Below are positions 30,369-41,880 of a stretch of DNA of 64,000 nt, one piece after another. The DNA comes from Macrostomum lignano (Eukaryota). The notes under the pieces were generated by a model. It did not search any database. It saw nothing but the letters and a program-made list of their open reading frames with translations, and was not told the DNA's origin. The stretch lies in NCBI GenBank assembly GCA_002269645.1, contig NIVC01000714.1:248001-312000 (forward strand), read 5' to 3'. Position 1 is the stretch's first letter. Each line of letters opens with the position of its first letter. Position numbers and translations under genes: made by a program.

Positions 30369-30674
30369 ATGGCGCAAAAGCCGGAGCCGTTCTACAACTT
30401 CAGCCGCCAGCCGCAGCCCTATTACGATATTAAGCTGCCTCAGCCGAAGGCGGTCTCACCTTTGATCCGAGCCGCCCGCTGGGGCTTTTTATTGACCGGC
30501 ATAATTTACGGCTACACCAGGTTCAATTATCTGGTGCGCAAGGAGGAGCGCGAGTGGCCGCAGACCCGGGCCATTCTGGAGCGGCGTAAGCACGAGTACG
30601 AGGCCAGTCAGAAGATGCGCGGCGAAGTTGAGATGCTCGAACTGGCTAAGGAGGCCGGCGTGAAGCCCAAGTGA
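30369..30674 (+). CDS. ATP5ME: Mitochondrial ATP synthase subunit e (ATP5I/ATP5ME), intronless CDS, 101 aa
   Basis: LPQPKAVSPLIRAARWGFLLTGIIYGYTRFNYL matches the subunit-e signature (VSPLI.. GxxxG TM, RYNYL), followed by a charged coiled coil ending LAKEAG. Confidence 0.9.
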   Translation: MAQKPEPFYNFSRQPQPYYDIKLPQPKAVSPLIRAARWGFLLTGIIYGYTRFNYLVRKEEREWPQTRAILERRKHEYEASQKMRGEVEMLELAKEAGVKPK

Positions 30675-31139
30675 ACCCTGTTCTTGTTTTAATACTTTTT
30701 TGGCCTCTGACTATTTAAAATAACAAAAAACCGTTATAATATAACTTTATTATTAGCTCTAGTGTCTACAGCAAATAATCTAATATATTCGATAAAAATT
30801 CGTGTGCTACTACTGCTATGCTAGCAGTAGTGTAGTTTGGTTAATTACCATTTTAATAGGATCCCATCTTAGTTATATCAATCTATATTTTATATTTTCC
30901 ATTCGTAGTTTTGTCAAACTTTTGTTAAATTGAAAGTGGCATCTGTGTACTTTATGTACGTCAACACCTGCTGAAGGATTCTAAGCTATTTCTATTAGGG
31001 AAATTGTTAAGATGAAAAAATATTATTTGACTAAATATAGCGTTGCCCCAGATATCCAACTGTCTGTTTGACTTTAATTTTTTATTGATATTATTTTACT
31101 TTTTATCACCTTAAGTGCTTCATTCAGCGAGGTTCCTGT

Positions 31140-31940
31140 AAGGGGGGTCAATTTCCCCTTGATATCTTCATATATCTGGGTTTCTGTAGGGGGGTCAATG
31201 TCCCCTTGATTCCAGTATTTAGCCAGGTTCTTGTAGGGGGTCAATGTCCCATTGATTCCAGTATTTAGCCAGGTTCTTGTAGGGGGTCAATGTCCCATTG
31301 ATTCCAGTATTTAGCCAGGTTCTTGTAGGGGGTCAATGTCCCCTTGATTTCAGTATTTAGCCAGGTTCTTGTAGGGGGTCAATGTCCCCTTGATTCCAGT
31401 ATTTAGCCAGGTTCTTGTAGGGGGTCAATGTCCCCTTGATTTCAGTATTTAGCCAGGTTCTTGTAGGGGGTCAATGTCCCATTGATTCCAGTATTTAGCC
31501 AGGTTCTTGTAGGGGGTCAATGTCCCCTTGATTTCAGTATTTAGCCAGGTTCTTGTAGGGGGTCAATGTCCCCTTGATTCCAGTATTTAGCCAGGTTCTT
31601 GTAGGGGGTCAATGTCCCCTTGATTCCAGTATTTAGCCAGGTTCTTGTAGGGGTTCAATGTCCCCTTGATTCCAGTATTTAGCCAGGTTCTTGTAGGGGG
31701 TCAATGTCCCCTTGATTTCAGTATTTAGCCAGGTTCTTGTAGGGGGTCAATGTCCCCTTGATTCCAGTATTTAGCCAGGTTCTTGTAGGGGGTCAATGTC
31801 CCCTTGATTTCAGTATTTAGCCAGGTTCTTGTAGGGGGTCAATGTCCCCTTGATTCCAGTATTTAGCCAGGTTCTTGTAGGGGGTCAATGTCCCCTTGAT
31901 TCCAGTATTTAGCCAGGTTCTTGTAGGGGGTCAATGTCCC
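31140..31940. repeat. 46-bp minisatellite (GGGGGTCAATGTCCCCTTGATTCCAGTATTTAGCCAGGTTCTTGTA)
   Basis: About 17 highly homogeneous units, ending 8 nt before an AG acceptor at 31948-49. Confidence 0.95.
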
Positions 31941-31949
31941 TCATTCTAG

Positions 31950-32735
31950 TACTCAGCCAACAGTCTGCCACCCCTCCCGCAGTCTAATGGTAAGCAGAAT
32001 TCGCAGCAGCTCAGTCGCCAACGCGTCGCCACCGCCGCTGCCGCCACCCAGACTGACGTAGGCACTGTTGACGACCTTCGGCACCTTGAAGAGCTTGCGG
32101 AGCTGCGGCTTCGCCTGTCAGTGGCCACCGATCAGCTGATCCGCCTGCGCTCCGCCTACTGCGCCTTCCCCGGCAGGGAGGACGCTCTCGATCGGTGGTC
32201 GCGCAGCGTCTTTCTCGGCATCTTCCACGACGATGACGAGGACTTGTCTTCATCGTCTGACACTGACTCTGACGGCAGTGGTGCCGAAAGCGGCGGCAGC
32301 AGTTCGGCAGACGCCGACGGCGAGCTGTTCAAGCCGAGGCGCCTTCGACGAGTTTCAGTCTCGTCGGCGTCTCGATCTCGGTCTAGGACCAACTCGTCGA
32401 CTTATTTGGCTACAAATATCAGAACAAAGACCAGTCATAGGAGTAGCAGTCTTTGCAACAGACGCCAAAACTCTTTAGCGTCGTTAAAAACGAAATTAAC
32501 CGCGCCGCTGGTATGGATTTTATCGGCATTGGTGCTTTGGCCCGCTGGGGTAGCTTGGCGACGTTGTCGACGATTAACAGCGGCGGCGACAGCGACAAGG
32601 ATAAGGAGGCCGAACGCTCTGATTGGCTGGCGGCCCCGGCCTCGCTGCTGCCTGCTGGCCTTGCTGATTGGCTACGCCGTCTGCCTGCACCTCGTGTTGG
32701 CCCACTGTCTACTGGGCTTCCTGGCCGATTATTAA
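31950..32735 (+). CDS. Orphan ORF, 261 codons with no in-frame Met: short coiled coil, acidic/Ser-rich linker, C-terminal hydrophobic segment(s)
   Basis: Open frame from the acceptor CCCTCATTCTAG|TAC to TAA at 32735, with GC-rich coding-like codons. Contains LRHLEELAELRLRLSVATDQLIRL, DDDEDLSSSSDTDSD and a terminal CCLLALLIGYAVCLHLVLAHCLLGFLADY. The 5' end is uncertain. Confidence 0.65.
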   Translation, partial: YSANSLPPLPQSNGKQNSQQLSRQRVATAAAATQTDVGTVDDLRHLEELAELRLRLSVATDQLIRLRSAYCAFPGREDALDRWSRSVFLGIFHDDDEDLSSSSDTDSDGSGAESGGSSSADADGELFKPRRLRRVSVSSASRSRSRTNSSTYLATNIRTKTSHRSSSLCNRRQNSLASLKTKLTAPLVWILSALVLWPAGVAWRRCRRLTAAATATRIRRPNALIGWRPRPRCCLLALLIGYAVCLHLVLAHCLLGFLADY

Positions 32736-34085
32736 CACTGTGCCATCCACCGCTATGAGTCACAAGGCATCATGTTAGTTGTAAAATCGTAAGAGTCGCG
32801 AGAAAGTCGTTTAAGACTCGTGTTAGCGCTTAGCTTTCTACACACTAACTCGAGTAGACTAAATAGAGTTTTTTAATAAATGCGAAATGCGATTCTAATT
32901 CATAAAGCGATGCAGGTGCGCTTTAGACGACTCTATCGCGCCTCAGATACGACCTGCGGCCTTAGAGTCATTATAGAAGCGTCCCAGAATCACTTACATT
33001 GCCCCAGAGTTGTAGAGTCGACTCTTTGACAACTTTTTAGCGAATTGTACCATGATATCTCGTAGTTCTAGAGTCAATTATTTCCTATTTATTTATGTTA
33101 CCTGTAAAGCACTGGGACGATTTCTGGCCTTGGTACCGTTTTCATCGGTCGCTGTCGGTGGTCAACATAATTAGCATGACCGCTTGTCTCCTCGCTAGCT
33201 GTTGCGGGTCACTTGTATACTTTTTTTACAGCTTACGAAACTCCAACTAGCCTACTGTACTTAGTAGAAATTTGAGCATTTGCAGAACCACAATAACTCA
33301 ACAGCCATTGTTTTGTTTGTGATTTGAATCTTTAGAGTCAGAGTTGCATGAGAGTCGCCCTCCCCGCAGAGAGTATTTTATCCAGGGTCCATGGACTGTA
33401 GTAAATTTCTAACTTTTGTCTACAGAGCTGTTGTCCATGATTTTGCAAAATAATCTGAATAAAATATGTGATACGATTTCGGTAATTAGCTACTTTGTTT
33501 AAGTTGTTCTCAATGGTTATGAGTAATCCCCATATCCGTCCTTCGACTAATTATCATAACAAATGTGCCTTTTGCTGCCAAATGATTACATTCAAATTTA
33601 TTCTCATCTTCCACTGATGTACTCGTAATGTGCACTTAGACGGTGAGATTTTGTTAAAAATTGTGTCACACTCACACTGGACTAGTTGCAGTAGTAGTTG
33701 GTGCATTTTTTCTTAACATGCTTAGAATAATGTTTTTATTGTGCTTGCTATATTTTATTTGAATTTCGTTACTAAGGGGTGAATTGTTGATGTGCATACT
33801 CCTAAAATATAGTCAAATCCACGTATTATTTTCAAATCGAAATACTACATAATACAATATAGTCTGTGATTTATTGATTATTGTACAGAACTTTCTTTAA
33901 AAATAGATTATTAGATACATTAAGTGCATCAACTAAGATAATGAGGAAAATCTAAATAATTCGCTTATCTGGGTTGTTTATATGCTTCTAAACTTTTGTT
34001 ATCACAAAGATTAACGCATTGGCGGGAGTGTAAAAACAGTATTTATCTTTATTAAATTTACACGGAATAATGAAAACAATTCACG

Positions 34086-34207
34086 GGAAAATTTCTGATC
34101 GAACAGTGCAAGTCTCCTGAAAATCGGTTCAGCCGTTTTTGCTAAAATTGATCACACACACATACCTACCGACAGACCATTTTTAGTATATATATATATA
34201 TATATAG
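34086..34207 (+). mobile_element. End of a putative Helentron/HINE-like element (copy 2)
   Basis: Homologous to 11819-11921; ends in CACACACATAC..ACAGACC ATTTTTAG(TA)n. Confidence 0.45.
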
Positions 34208-34444
34208 CTTCCTAATCCAGGATGTGGGCTTGCTTATTTAGATTCCCTATTCAGGACAAGGGCGTTTAAATTCCATAATTCTGGTTTAGGACTTAAAATT
34301 CCATAATTCTGGTTTAGGACTTAAGAGCCAGCTCCTGTAGCTATTGAGACTAAGAGTACATAAGTTGCTTCTAGGGGGGTCTGATTACAAGTTTTCATGC
34401 CAAACTGTTTAGTTCTAAAATTGACTCAAGTGAGCCAGTTATAT

Positions 34445-35083
34445 TCAGGTATTCATGTACTTCGCGGCACAGTTGACCGTCACATTGACGAAGCTCTTGA
34501 CGTAGACTCGATTCTCGCCGCCATTTTTCGGGCTGCATCTCTGCTGTAGCTTGTACACCTGACGGAAGTAGACTATGTCAACGCATTTTACTGGCTGTTG
34601 CCGACCGTTGCTCTTGTACACGATTGCTTCAGACTGAATGCATTCGGCGTGCACTATTAGCATTGGCACGGTGTCCGGGTAGTGCATCACCCTGTAGCGC
34701 ACTGGACACACCCGACTGCTCAGATCTCTCAGCGGCTTCATTACCGGCATTGCTTCCGGGTACTGATCGTCGGTTTCCGATGTCTTTGCAAGCTCTTGCA
34801 TCTGTTCAGCCAGGCTGTTCCACTCTTGAATTCTTAGCTCCTTCGGTAGATAAGTGTCGGCTGTGGAGTTCACGATCTCCTCGATAAGGCAGTCGGTATT
34901 GGAAATCTTTGTAAAACAGTTGCTTACGATTGACCTTGAATTGTCATCTCGACAAGTGACATCTGCGCTGCTGTTCAGTCGAATAAACGTTCGAGGCTTA
35001 GAGCTGCCATCGGCGAGCACCGAGTAGACTGTTATTGCTGCTAAAAGCGAGCAGCAGATCGCGGCCTTCCTCGTGGGCATCAT
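34445..35083 (-). CDS. Secreted cystine-knot-type protein, IL-17/PTTH/Trunk-like, intronless, 212 aa
   Basis: N-terminal signal peptide (AAICCSLLAAITVYSVLA|D) and N-glycosylation sequons. The C-terminal domain RVCPVRY..P..VP..IVHAEC..CVDIVYFRQVYKL..C..YVKSFVNVTVNC follows the invertebrate IL-17-like pattern (RxxCP.Y, P..L..A.C, C..V.Y...V, V.VxC). Confidence 0.75.
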   Translation of the reverse strand: MMPTRKAAICCSLLAAITVYSVLADGSSKPRTFIRLNSSADVTCRDDNSRSIVSNCFTKISNTDCLIEEIVNSTADTYLPKELRIQEWNSLAEQMQELAKTSETDDQYPEAMPVMKPLRDLSSRVCPVRYRVMHYPDTVPMLIVHAECIQSEAIVYKSNGRQQPVKCVDIVYFRQVYKLQQRCSPKNGGENRVYVKSFVNVTVNCAAKYMNT

Positions 35084-35685
35084 GTTTTTGGAGCTTACTA
35101 GACTTTAAGACGTTTACAAAGATTTTGGTTTCAAATGGATTTGATTAAGCTAACTCATGCAAGCAGGGTGCTGCTCTTTTTATGTGTTTCTAGATGTTTA
35201 CAATGAAAAACTCCATGTCCCGGGCTGAACACGCCAGTGACTAAATTAAGCCAGGAAGGTGGTATTATCAAGAAGTGAACGAATCTGTGTGTTTACGTGT
35301 GTCAGTTTGTCACGGGAGCTATACTATCCTGTGCAAAATATAGCCAGTAAAGTGTCAGTGTCAGCCCCCAATTGACACCTGCGTAACGTGTACTGCAGCA
35401 GTCATTTCTAATTTTAAACTACTTTTACTTGAAAACACGCGTAGGCGTGTGTACATGTAGTAAATCTCTGCTAGACTGTAGATTGATTTATAAGTCTGGT
35501 CATTTGATTTATATCTAATATATCATGTATCATCATATATTTAGTTCCAGTTAGGATTTGATTTTAGTAGCTTATAGTTATCTATTAAGGTCCTCCTGTA
35601 GGCTAAAAATTCCATTTCATAATAAGTAGTACATGTATAAGTAACGTGTATAGTGACATCGTTATGAGTCATGACAATTCACACA

Positions 35686-36763
35686 TGTGATGGGTTTCGA
35701 CCTTCCGGCCCCCTTGTGGGGAAGCCTTCGGGCCTCAGGTCTCAGAAATAAATCAATTAGAGACCTGGCCCCCCACTCCTGTCAGATGGTCAGCCCCATG
35801 GTAGCTTGATCGTGTGGCGAGCAGTCTAGGTCCTATAGCTAAGAGAGGGACAGCGAGAGACGAGCAGGGAGAATTTTGAAGGTAGAAATTAGTTAATCCG
35901 CAGATTAGCTAACTCGCTGCCACCAGCCCGTGCGCCCTGGCTCACCACACCGGGACTCTCGAAATCGGGCTTCCGACTAGAAGGGGCTTTGCACTTACCT
36001 GCCAACTAGTGTCTTTTGGCTGTCAATCCCGAAGTCATAGCCGATGATAAGGGACACTGCTGGGACTAGATCGCATTGGCCATGCAGGTACAGAGGGGAC
36101 TTGTGCAGGGGATTCTTGCGGTGGCGAGTCTATGGGGTAGCTACATGTACTATTACATTGCTAAATACGAAGAATTGTACTTTTGGCCTTCGACGCGCCA
36201 ACTAGCCTCTCCTAGCGCTGATGATAGACTAACTCGAACTTCAGAGACTGCATGATTCATTACCCGAGCCGCTTGGCTAACCTAGAGTGCACAAAGTACA
36301 TCTCTGGCGCCGATTCTGCACTCCTGGCAGCTTCGCTAACTGATTTGATAGATTGATCGACTGAGAACTGCCTTGCCATTGGTCCACTGTGACCGGCGCC
36401 TACTAGCTTAGCTACTCATCTGAGCCATCGGCGAACAAAGAAATAAAACCGATAAAAATAACTGTTAGATTTAACCTTCTCCTTAGATCGCTTCACACTT
36501 CGGATTGAATTGGAGTTTAGACTACTAGCAGTATTATTGAATGACTTCTGCCTCAGCAACAGCACTACTGAACAAAATGAGCAAAAGTGTGCGCCTAATC
36601 CAGCTACTGAAACAGGGGACAGATAAGGAATCACCCAATCAAGCAAGTCTAGATAGCCTCTCACCCAACCAATCAGAAACTCAACAGCCGGAGACCAGGA
36701 AATCCACAGTAACCGAATCGGCTTGATGCTTCGCAGCTGTAGACTCGGGATGATGCTGTCACA
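35686..36763. mobile_element. LTR-like segment (~1.08 kb)
   Basis: Bounded by TGTGA...TCACA, with AATAAA at ~36443 and no ORF. I found no TSD, PBS or PPT. Confidence 0.3.
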
Positions 36764-39109
36764 GTCTTCGCAGATAGCTAGCAGGTGATGATCTTAACTT
36801 TGATGTTCGCTGCTGATGACCGGGGGACTCGTCCTTGATGATGAGGGGGGAAGTCGCAATCCGGGGATCAAGAAACGACGGTCGGGCTCCGGGAACCAGA
36901 AATGTCGGGAAGGTTCCTCCGCGGGAGAGCCGGGTGAGGGTCCGAGCGGGCCAAAAACACCGGTTTAAATAGCCGCCAACTAGACCACAGTTTGTTATAA
37001 TGGAACACGTCGATTCTGATTGGCTGAGCCGTTTTGTTAAAATGAGCGCCGAATTTTCTGATTGGCTAAGCTTGTTGCTGCCCAGAATCACGTGACCGGG
37101 AGATCCTATCAGTTCCCACAGGGTCGTAAAAAGATGACAAGTGCGGCCATAAATCAATCAAAATCGCAACAAAATGATTTATGACTTTTCGCGAAGGATT
37201 GACAGAAATTAATGAAAAAATATACATTAGAAAGCTCTTATTAAATAGAAAGTGAAGATAATGAAGAGAAATCACTAATCGCTAATCCCAAAGTACTTTT
37301 AGGGGTAAAACGCATAGCTGTCAAAGCTGTCACACGCTTGAGTGAACCCGGACAATTGGCTCTGACCTCACAAATCTTGATGGCCTGTCAAAATGATGAG
37401 AAAAAAGCTGCCATTCGCATCCCCTCAGGCCATCTGGCGCCAGCCTCAACACTGAGTGAGGCGCAGGTGGCTGTCAGACAAACTTTGAAAGCGATGATTT
37501 ACGACCCAAAAAGCTGCGCCTATGTTATTATGACTACTAGTATGACCAAACATTATATCTAGTATAGATTCTATGACAATTCGCAGAAAAAGATTAAAAA
37601 TTCCCTTAGCCTACTGTCAGTAGGCTAGTAAGTTTAGAGCCCATGTGCTAGCGCGGGATTTGGGAAAAAGTGCGTCCTCATCACATGTTACATGTAAATA
37701 GTGATAGATGATTAACAGACTAAATATGAAAGGTTCCCATTTTAGCTGTATTGTCTGGATTCCGTGCTCTGGAGTAGTAAGGTTACAGGTGATGCGTTGT
37801 ACAGCGGATCACTAGCTTCAGGAATGAGTGTCGGCGTCGAGTCGTCGACTGACTGACGACTGACCAGTTTGATCATCTGATGAGATTCAGATGGCAAAAT
37901 AAGAAATGTCGGGTAAAAAAACCTAAAAATTCGAAAAGTACCCATTCATTCTCAAACTCTCAATCAGTCTCTTAAGTTTCTATGTACATCCTGATTTCCC
38001 AACTTAAAATGGACAAAATGAATCAAACATCTTTACCTTCCAGTGTTCATGCACATTATTTTCTTTGAGTTACGATTCAAAATATCAGAAGCAAAATTTT
38101 TGATTACTTTGTTTAAAACTGCATTTTTTGTTTTTGAACGTCCGGTCCACTCCACAGATACTATAATAATTAGATAATAATCCCGGTCCACTCCGGGAAA
38201 ACCCTAAAATTCACCACCTCCCTGAGATTTTCAAATTGAAATCTGAAGTTTTTAAAGGAATTGTGAACTTCGTACCTCATATTCAGTCACAGGCTCACGC
38301 TTCACACTAGCCGCAACAAATGGAATACAACACTCGACGCAGCTCTGAACTGACTCCCCCATGCTGTACTGTAGTTTAGTATAGTAAGAAATAGCTGCAT
38401 ATAGCACATGGGATCGCCATCTCATTTTTGTATTACTATTATTAGTGTCATTTTTGTTAGAAAATGTATTGTGGCTTTTTAAACTTTCAATTAAGGATTT
38501 GGCCCTTATCTCGCCGGGATTTGGGTTTGTAAACTTTGTATTTTTTGCAAAACTCAATATTGTAAACTTAAAGTTTAGATTTATAGCACTTCTGAGAAGG
38601 AAAACTTTTAGCAGGAATTTACTCTAAAAATTCGTTTAAAAAACCATTTTTTATTCTGGGTGTTTAGGGGTTCAATCCTGAGATCACAGGGATTCCAAAT
38701 TCGCTATCATTTTTAGTATATTGGATTAATAACAAAGATATCAAACAAACAAACAAACAGACAAATTGCTAGGACTTTTAGTTTTTTTAGTATTTAGAAG
38801 CCACAAGGAATAACTAAACAAACAGCTTGCTAGATAATGCACAACACTCGTAATACTACTCTATTACCGGAATTGTTTAATGCGCCACTTGACTTGATTT
38901 GGCCTGGGGGGCGGGCTGGGGGTCCGGGTCCGGGGGCCGTAGGTCTTAGAGTCTATATAGGCCCTGGGGGCCGGGGCCCTTGCTTCTTTGTTGTTTTGTG
39001 CCTTCGCTTCTGGAATGCGATAAAATAGTGCCACGAACCAGGCTCCGTAAGTGCCGAAGACTCCCCTATTCTCTTCTATGCCCCTCCCTTCCGTTCTCTC
39101 TGCGCAGTT

Positions 39110-39215
39110 TATGGCCGCCCGTTAGCGGAGCCCATCCCACGCTAAAAATAGCCCGTTAGCGGGGTCCGCCCCACGGTGGGGTGGGCTCCCTTAGCGCGGG
39201 CCAGCCCACAATGGT
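39110..39215. repeat. GC-rich Y-hairpin module, copy 1 (inverted relative to 49996-50100)
   Basis: Its reverse complement aligns with 49996-50100 over ~100 bp with few differences. Confidence 0.85.
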
Positions 39216-39359
39216 TAGGATATGCCATTGCGGGGCTGTGGAGAAGCAGACGCCAGAACTTGACTCGCATTGGTTGTCAAGATACATGGCACTAATTCAA
39301 AATAGAAAAAAAAACTTTTTTCGGCTCCATTGAGTGAGAACTAAATGCATTGACCTTGC

Positions 39360-41880
39360 CAGGGCGCTAAAATTGGCGCCCAAAGGCTGAAATTGGCGCC
39401 GGTATATTAAACTTGGCGCCCAGAAGTAGCAAGCTGATATATGCTGCCACTTCTACGCTCGTTGGCACATTCCAGCGCTGATTTGGGGATCCTGGCGCCG
39501 ATTTGGTGATCCTGGCGCCAAATTTGACTTTAGGCGCCAAATTGAGCTTTCCCGCGCCAATTTGAGCTATCCTGCGCCGATTTGAGCTTTCTAGCGCCAA
39601 TTTGAGCTTTCCAGCGCTAGTTAAGGTCTTTTCAAGCTGATTTCAGCATTCCGGCGCTAATTCGGCGATCCTGGCGCCGATTTGGTGATCCTGGCGCAAA
39701 ATTTGACTTCCGGCGCCAATTTGAGCTTTCCCGCGTCGATTTGCGCTATCCTGCGCCGATTTGAGCTTTCTAGCGCTGGTTTAGGTTTTCTTGAGCTGAT
39801 TTCAGCATTTCGGCGCTGATTCAGCGATCCTGGCGCCGATTTGGTGATCCTGGCGCCAAATTTGACTTCCCGCGCCAATTTGAGCTATCCTGCGCCGATT
39901 TGAGCTTTCTAGCGCTGGTTTGGGCTTTTTGGCGCTGATTTTAGCATTCCGGCGCTGATTCGGTGATCCTGGCGCCAAATTTGACTTCCGGCGCCAATTT
40001 GAGCTTTCCCGCGCCGATTTGAGCTTTCCAGCGCTGGTCCGGGCTTTTTAGCGCCAATTTGAGCTTTCCAGCGCTAGTTAAGGTCTTCTCAAGCTGATTT
40101 CAGCATTCCGGCGCTAATTCGGCGATCCTGGCGCCGATTTGGTGATCCTGGCGCCAAATTTGACTTTAGGCGCCAAATTGAGCTTTCCCGCGCCAATTTG
40201 AGCTATCCTGCGCCGATTTGAGCTTTCTAGCGCCAATTTGAGCTTTCCAGCGCTAGTTAAGGTCTTTTCAAGCTGATTTCAGCATTCCGGCGCTAATTCG
40301 GCGATCCTGGCGCCGATTTGGTGATCCTGGCGCAAAATTTGACTTCCGGCGCCAATTTGAGCTTTCCCGCGTCGATTTGCGCTATCCTGCGCCGATTTGA
40401 GCTTTCTAGCGCTGGTTTAGGTTTTCTTGAGCTGATTTCAGCATTTCGGCGCTGATTCAGCGATCCTGGCGCCGATTTGGTGACCCTGGCGCCAAATTTG
40501 ACTTCCGGCACCAATTTAAACTTTCCCGCGCCTATTTGAGCTTTCCAGCGCTGGTCCGGGCTTTTTAGCGCCAATTTGAGCTTTCCAGCGCTAGTTAAGG
40601 TCTTCTCAAGCTGATTTCAGCATTCCGGCGCTAATTCGGCGATCCTGGCGCCGATTTGGTGATCCTGGCGCCAAATTTGACTTCCGGCGCCAATTTGAGC
40701 TTTCCCGCGCCGATTTGCGCTATCCTGCGCCGATTTGAGCTTTCTAGCGCTGGTTTAGGTTTTTTTGAGCTGATTTCAGCATTCCGGCGCTGATTCAGCG
40801 ATCCTGGCGCCGATTTGGTGATCCTAGCGCCAAATTTGACTTCCGGCGCCAATTTGAGCTTTCCCGCGTCGATTTGCGCTATCCTGCGCCGATTTGAGCT
40901 TTCTAGCGCTGGTTTAGGTTTTCTTGAGCTGATTTCAGCATTCCGGCGCTGATTCAGCGATCCTGGCGCCGATTTGGTGATCCTAGCGCCAAATTTTACT
41001 TCCGGCGCCAATTTGAGCTTTCCCGCGCCTATTTGAGCTATCCTGCGCCGATTTGAGCTTTCTAGCGCTGGTTTGGGCTTTTTGGCGCTGGTTTAGGTTT
41101 GCTTGAGCTGATTTCAGCATTCCGGCGCTGATTCAGCGATCCTGGCGCCGATTTGGTGATCCTGGCGCCAAATTTGACTTCCGGCGCCAATTTGAGCTTT
41201 CCCGCGCCGATTTGAGCTTTCCAGCGCTGGTCCGGGCTTTTTAGCGCCAATTTGAGCTTTCCAGCGCTAGTTAAGGTCTTCTCAAGCTGATTTCAGCATT
41301 CCGGCGCTAATTCGGCGATCCTGGCGCCGATTTGGTGATCCTGGCGCCAAATTTGACTTTCGGCGCCAATTTGAGCTTTCACGCGCCAATTTTAGCTATC
41401 TTGCGCCGATTTCAGCTTTCCAACGCTGGATCCGGGCTTTTTGGCGCTGTTTTCAGCATTCCGGCTCTTATTCAGCGATCCTGGCGCCGATTTGGTGATC
41501 CTGGCGCCAAATTTGACTTCCCGCGCCAATTTGAGCTATCCTGCGCCGATTTGAGCTTTCTAGCGCTGGTCCGGGCTTTTTGGCGCTGATTTTAGAATTC
41601 CGACGCTGATTCGGTGATCCTGGCGCCGACCGGCGCCAATTTGAGCTATCCTGCGCCAATTTGAGCTATCCTGCGCCAATTTGAGCTATCCTGCGCCAAT
41701 TTGAGCTTTCTAGCGCTGGTTTCAGCTCTCCAGCGCTGGTTTAGGTTTTCTCGAGCGGATTTCAGCATTCCGGCGCTGATTCGGCGATCCCTGGCGTAGA
41801 TTTGGTGATCCTGGCGCCAAATTTGACTTCCGGCGCGAATTTGAGCTTTCCCGCGCCGATTTGAGCTTTCCGAGCGTTTT
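39360..41880. repeat. GC-rich GGCGCC-core satellite with ~20-bp subunits and higher-order structure
   Basis: Subunits TTTGAGCTTTCCxGCGCC, ATTTGGTGATCCTGGCGCC and AATTTGACTTCCGGCGCC. The rare variant TAGGCGCCAAATTG occurs at 39531 and 40167 (636-bp block duplication). Confidence 0.95.

Noticed and set aside
32453-32758. Overlapping 101-aa ORF (MQQTPKLF..) in another frame
   Set aside because: The 31950-32735 frame is longer and has stronger GC3 bias at its 3' end; the shorter ORF is treated as a shadow.
38252-38557. 101-aa minus-strand ORF as a transposase fragment
   Set aside because: No recognisable catalytic or DNA-binding motif; AT-rich codons and no splice support.
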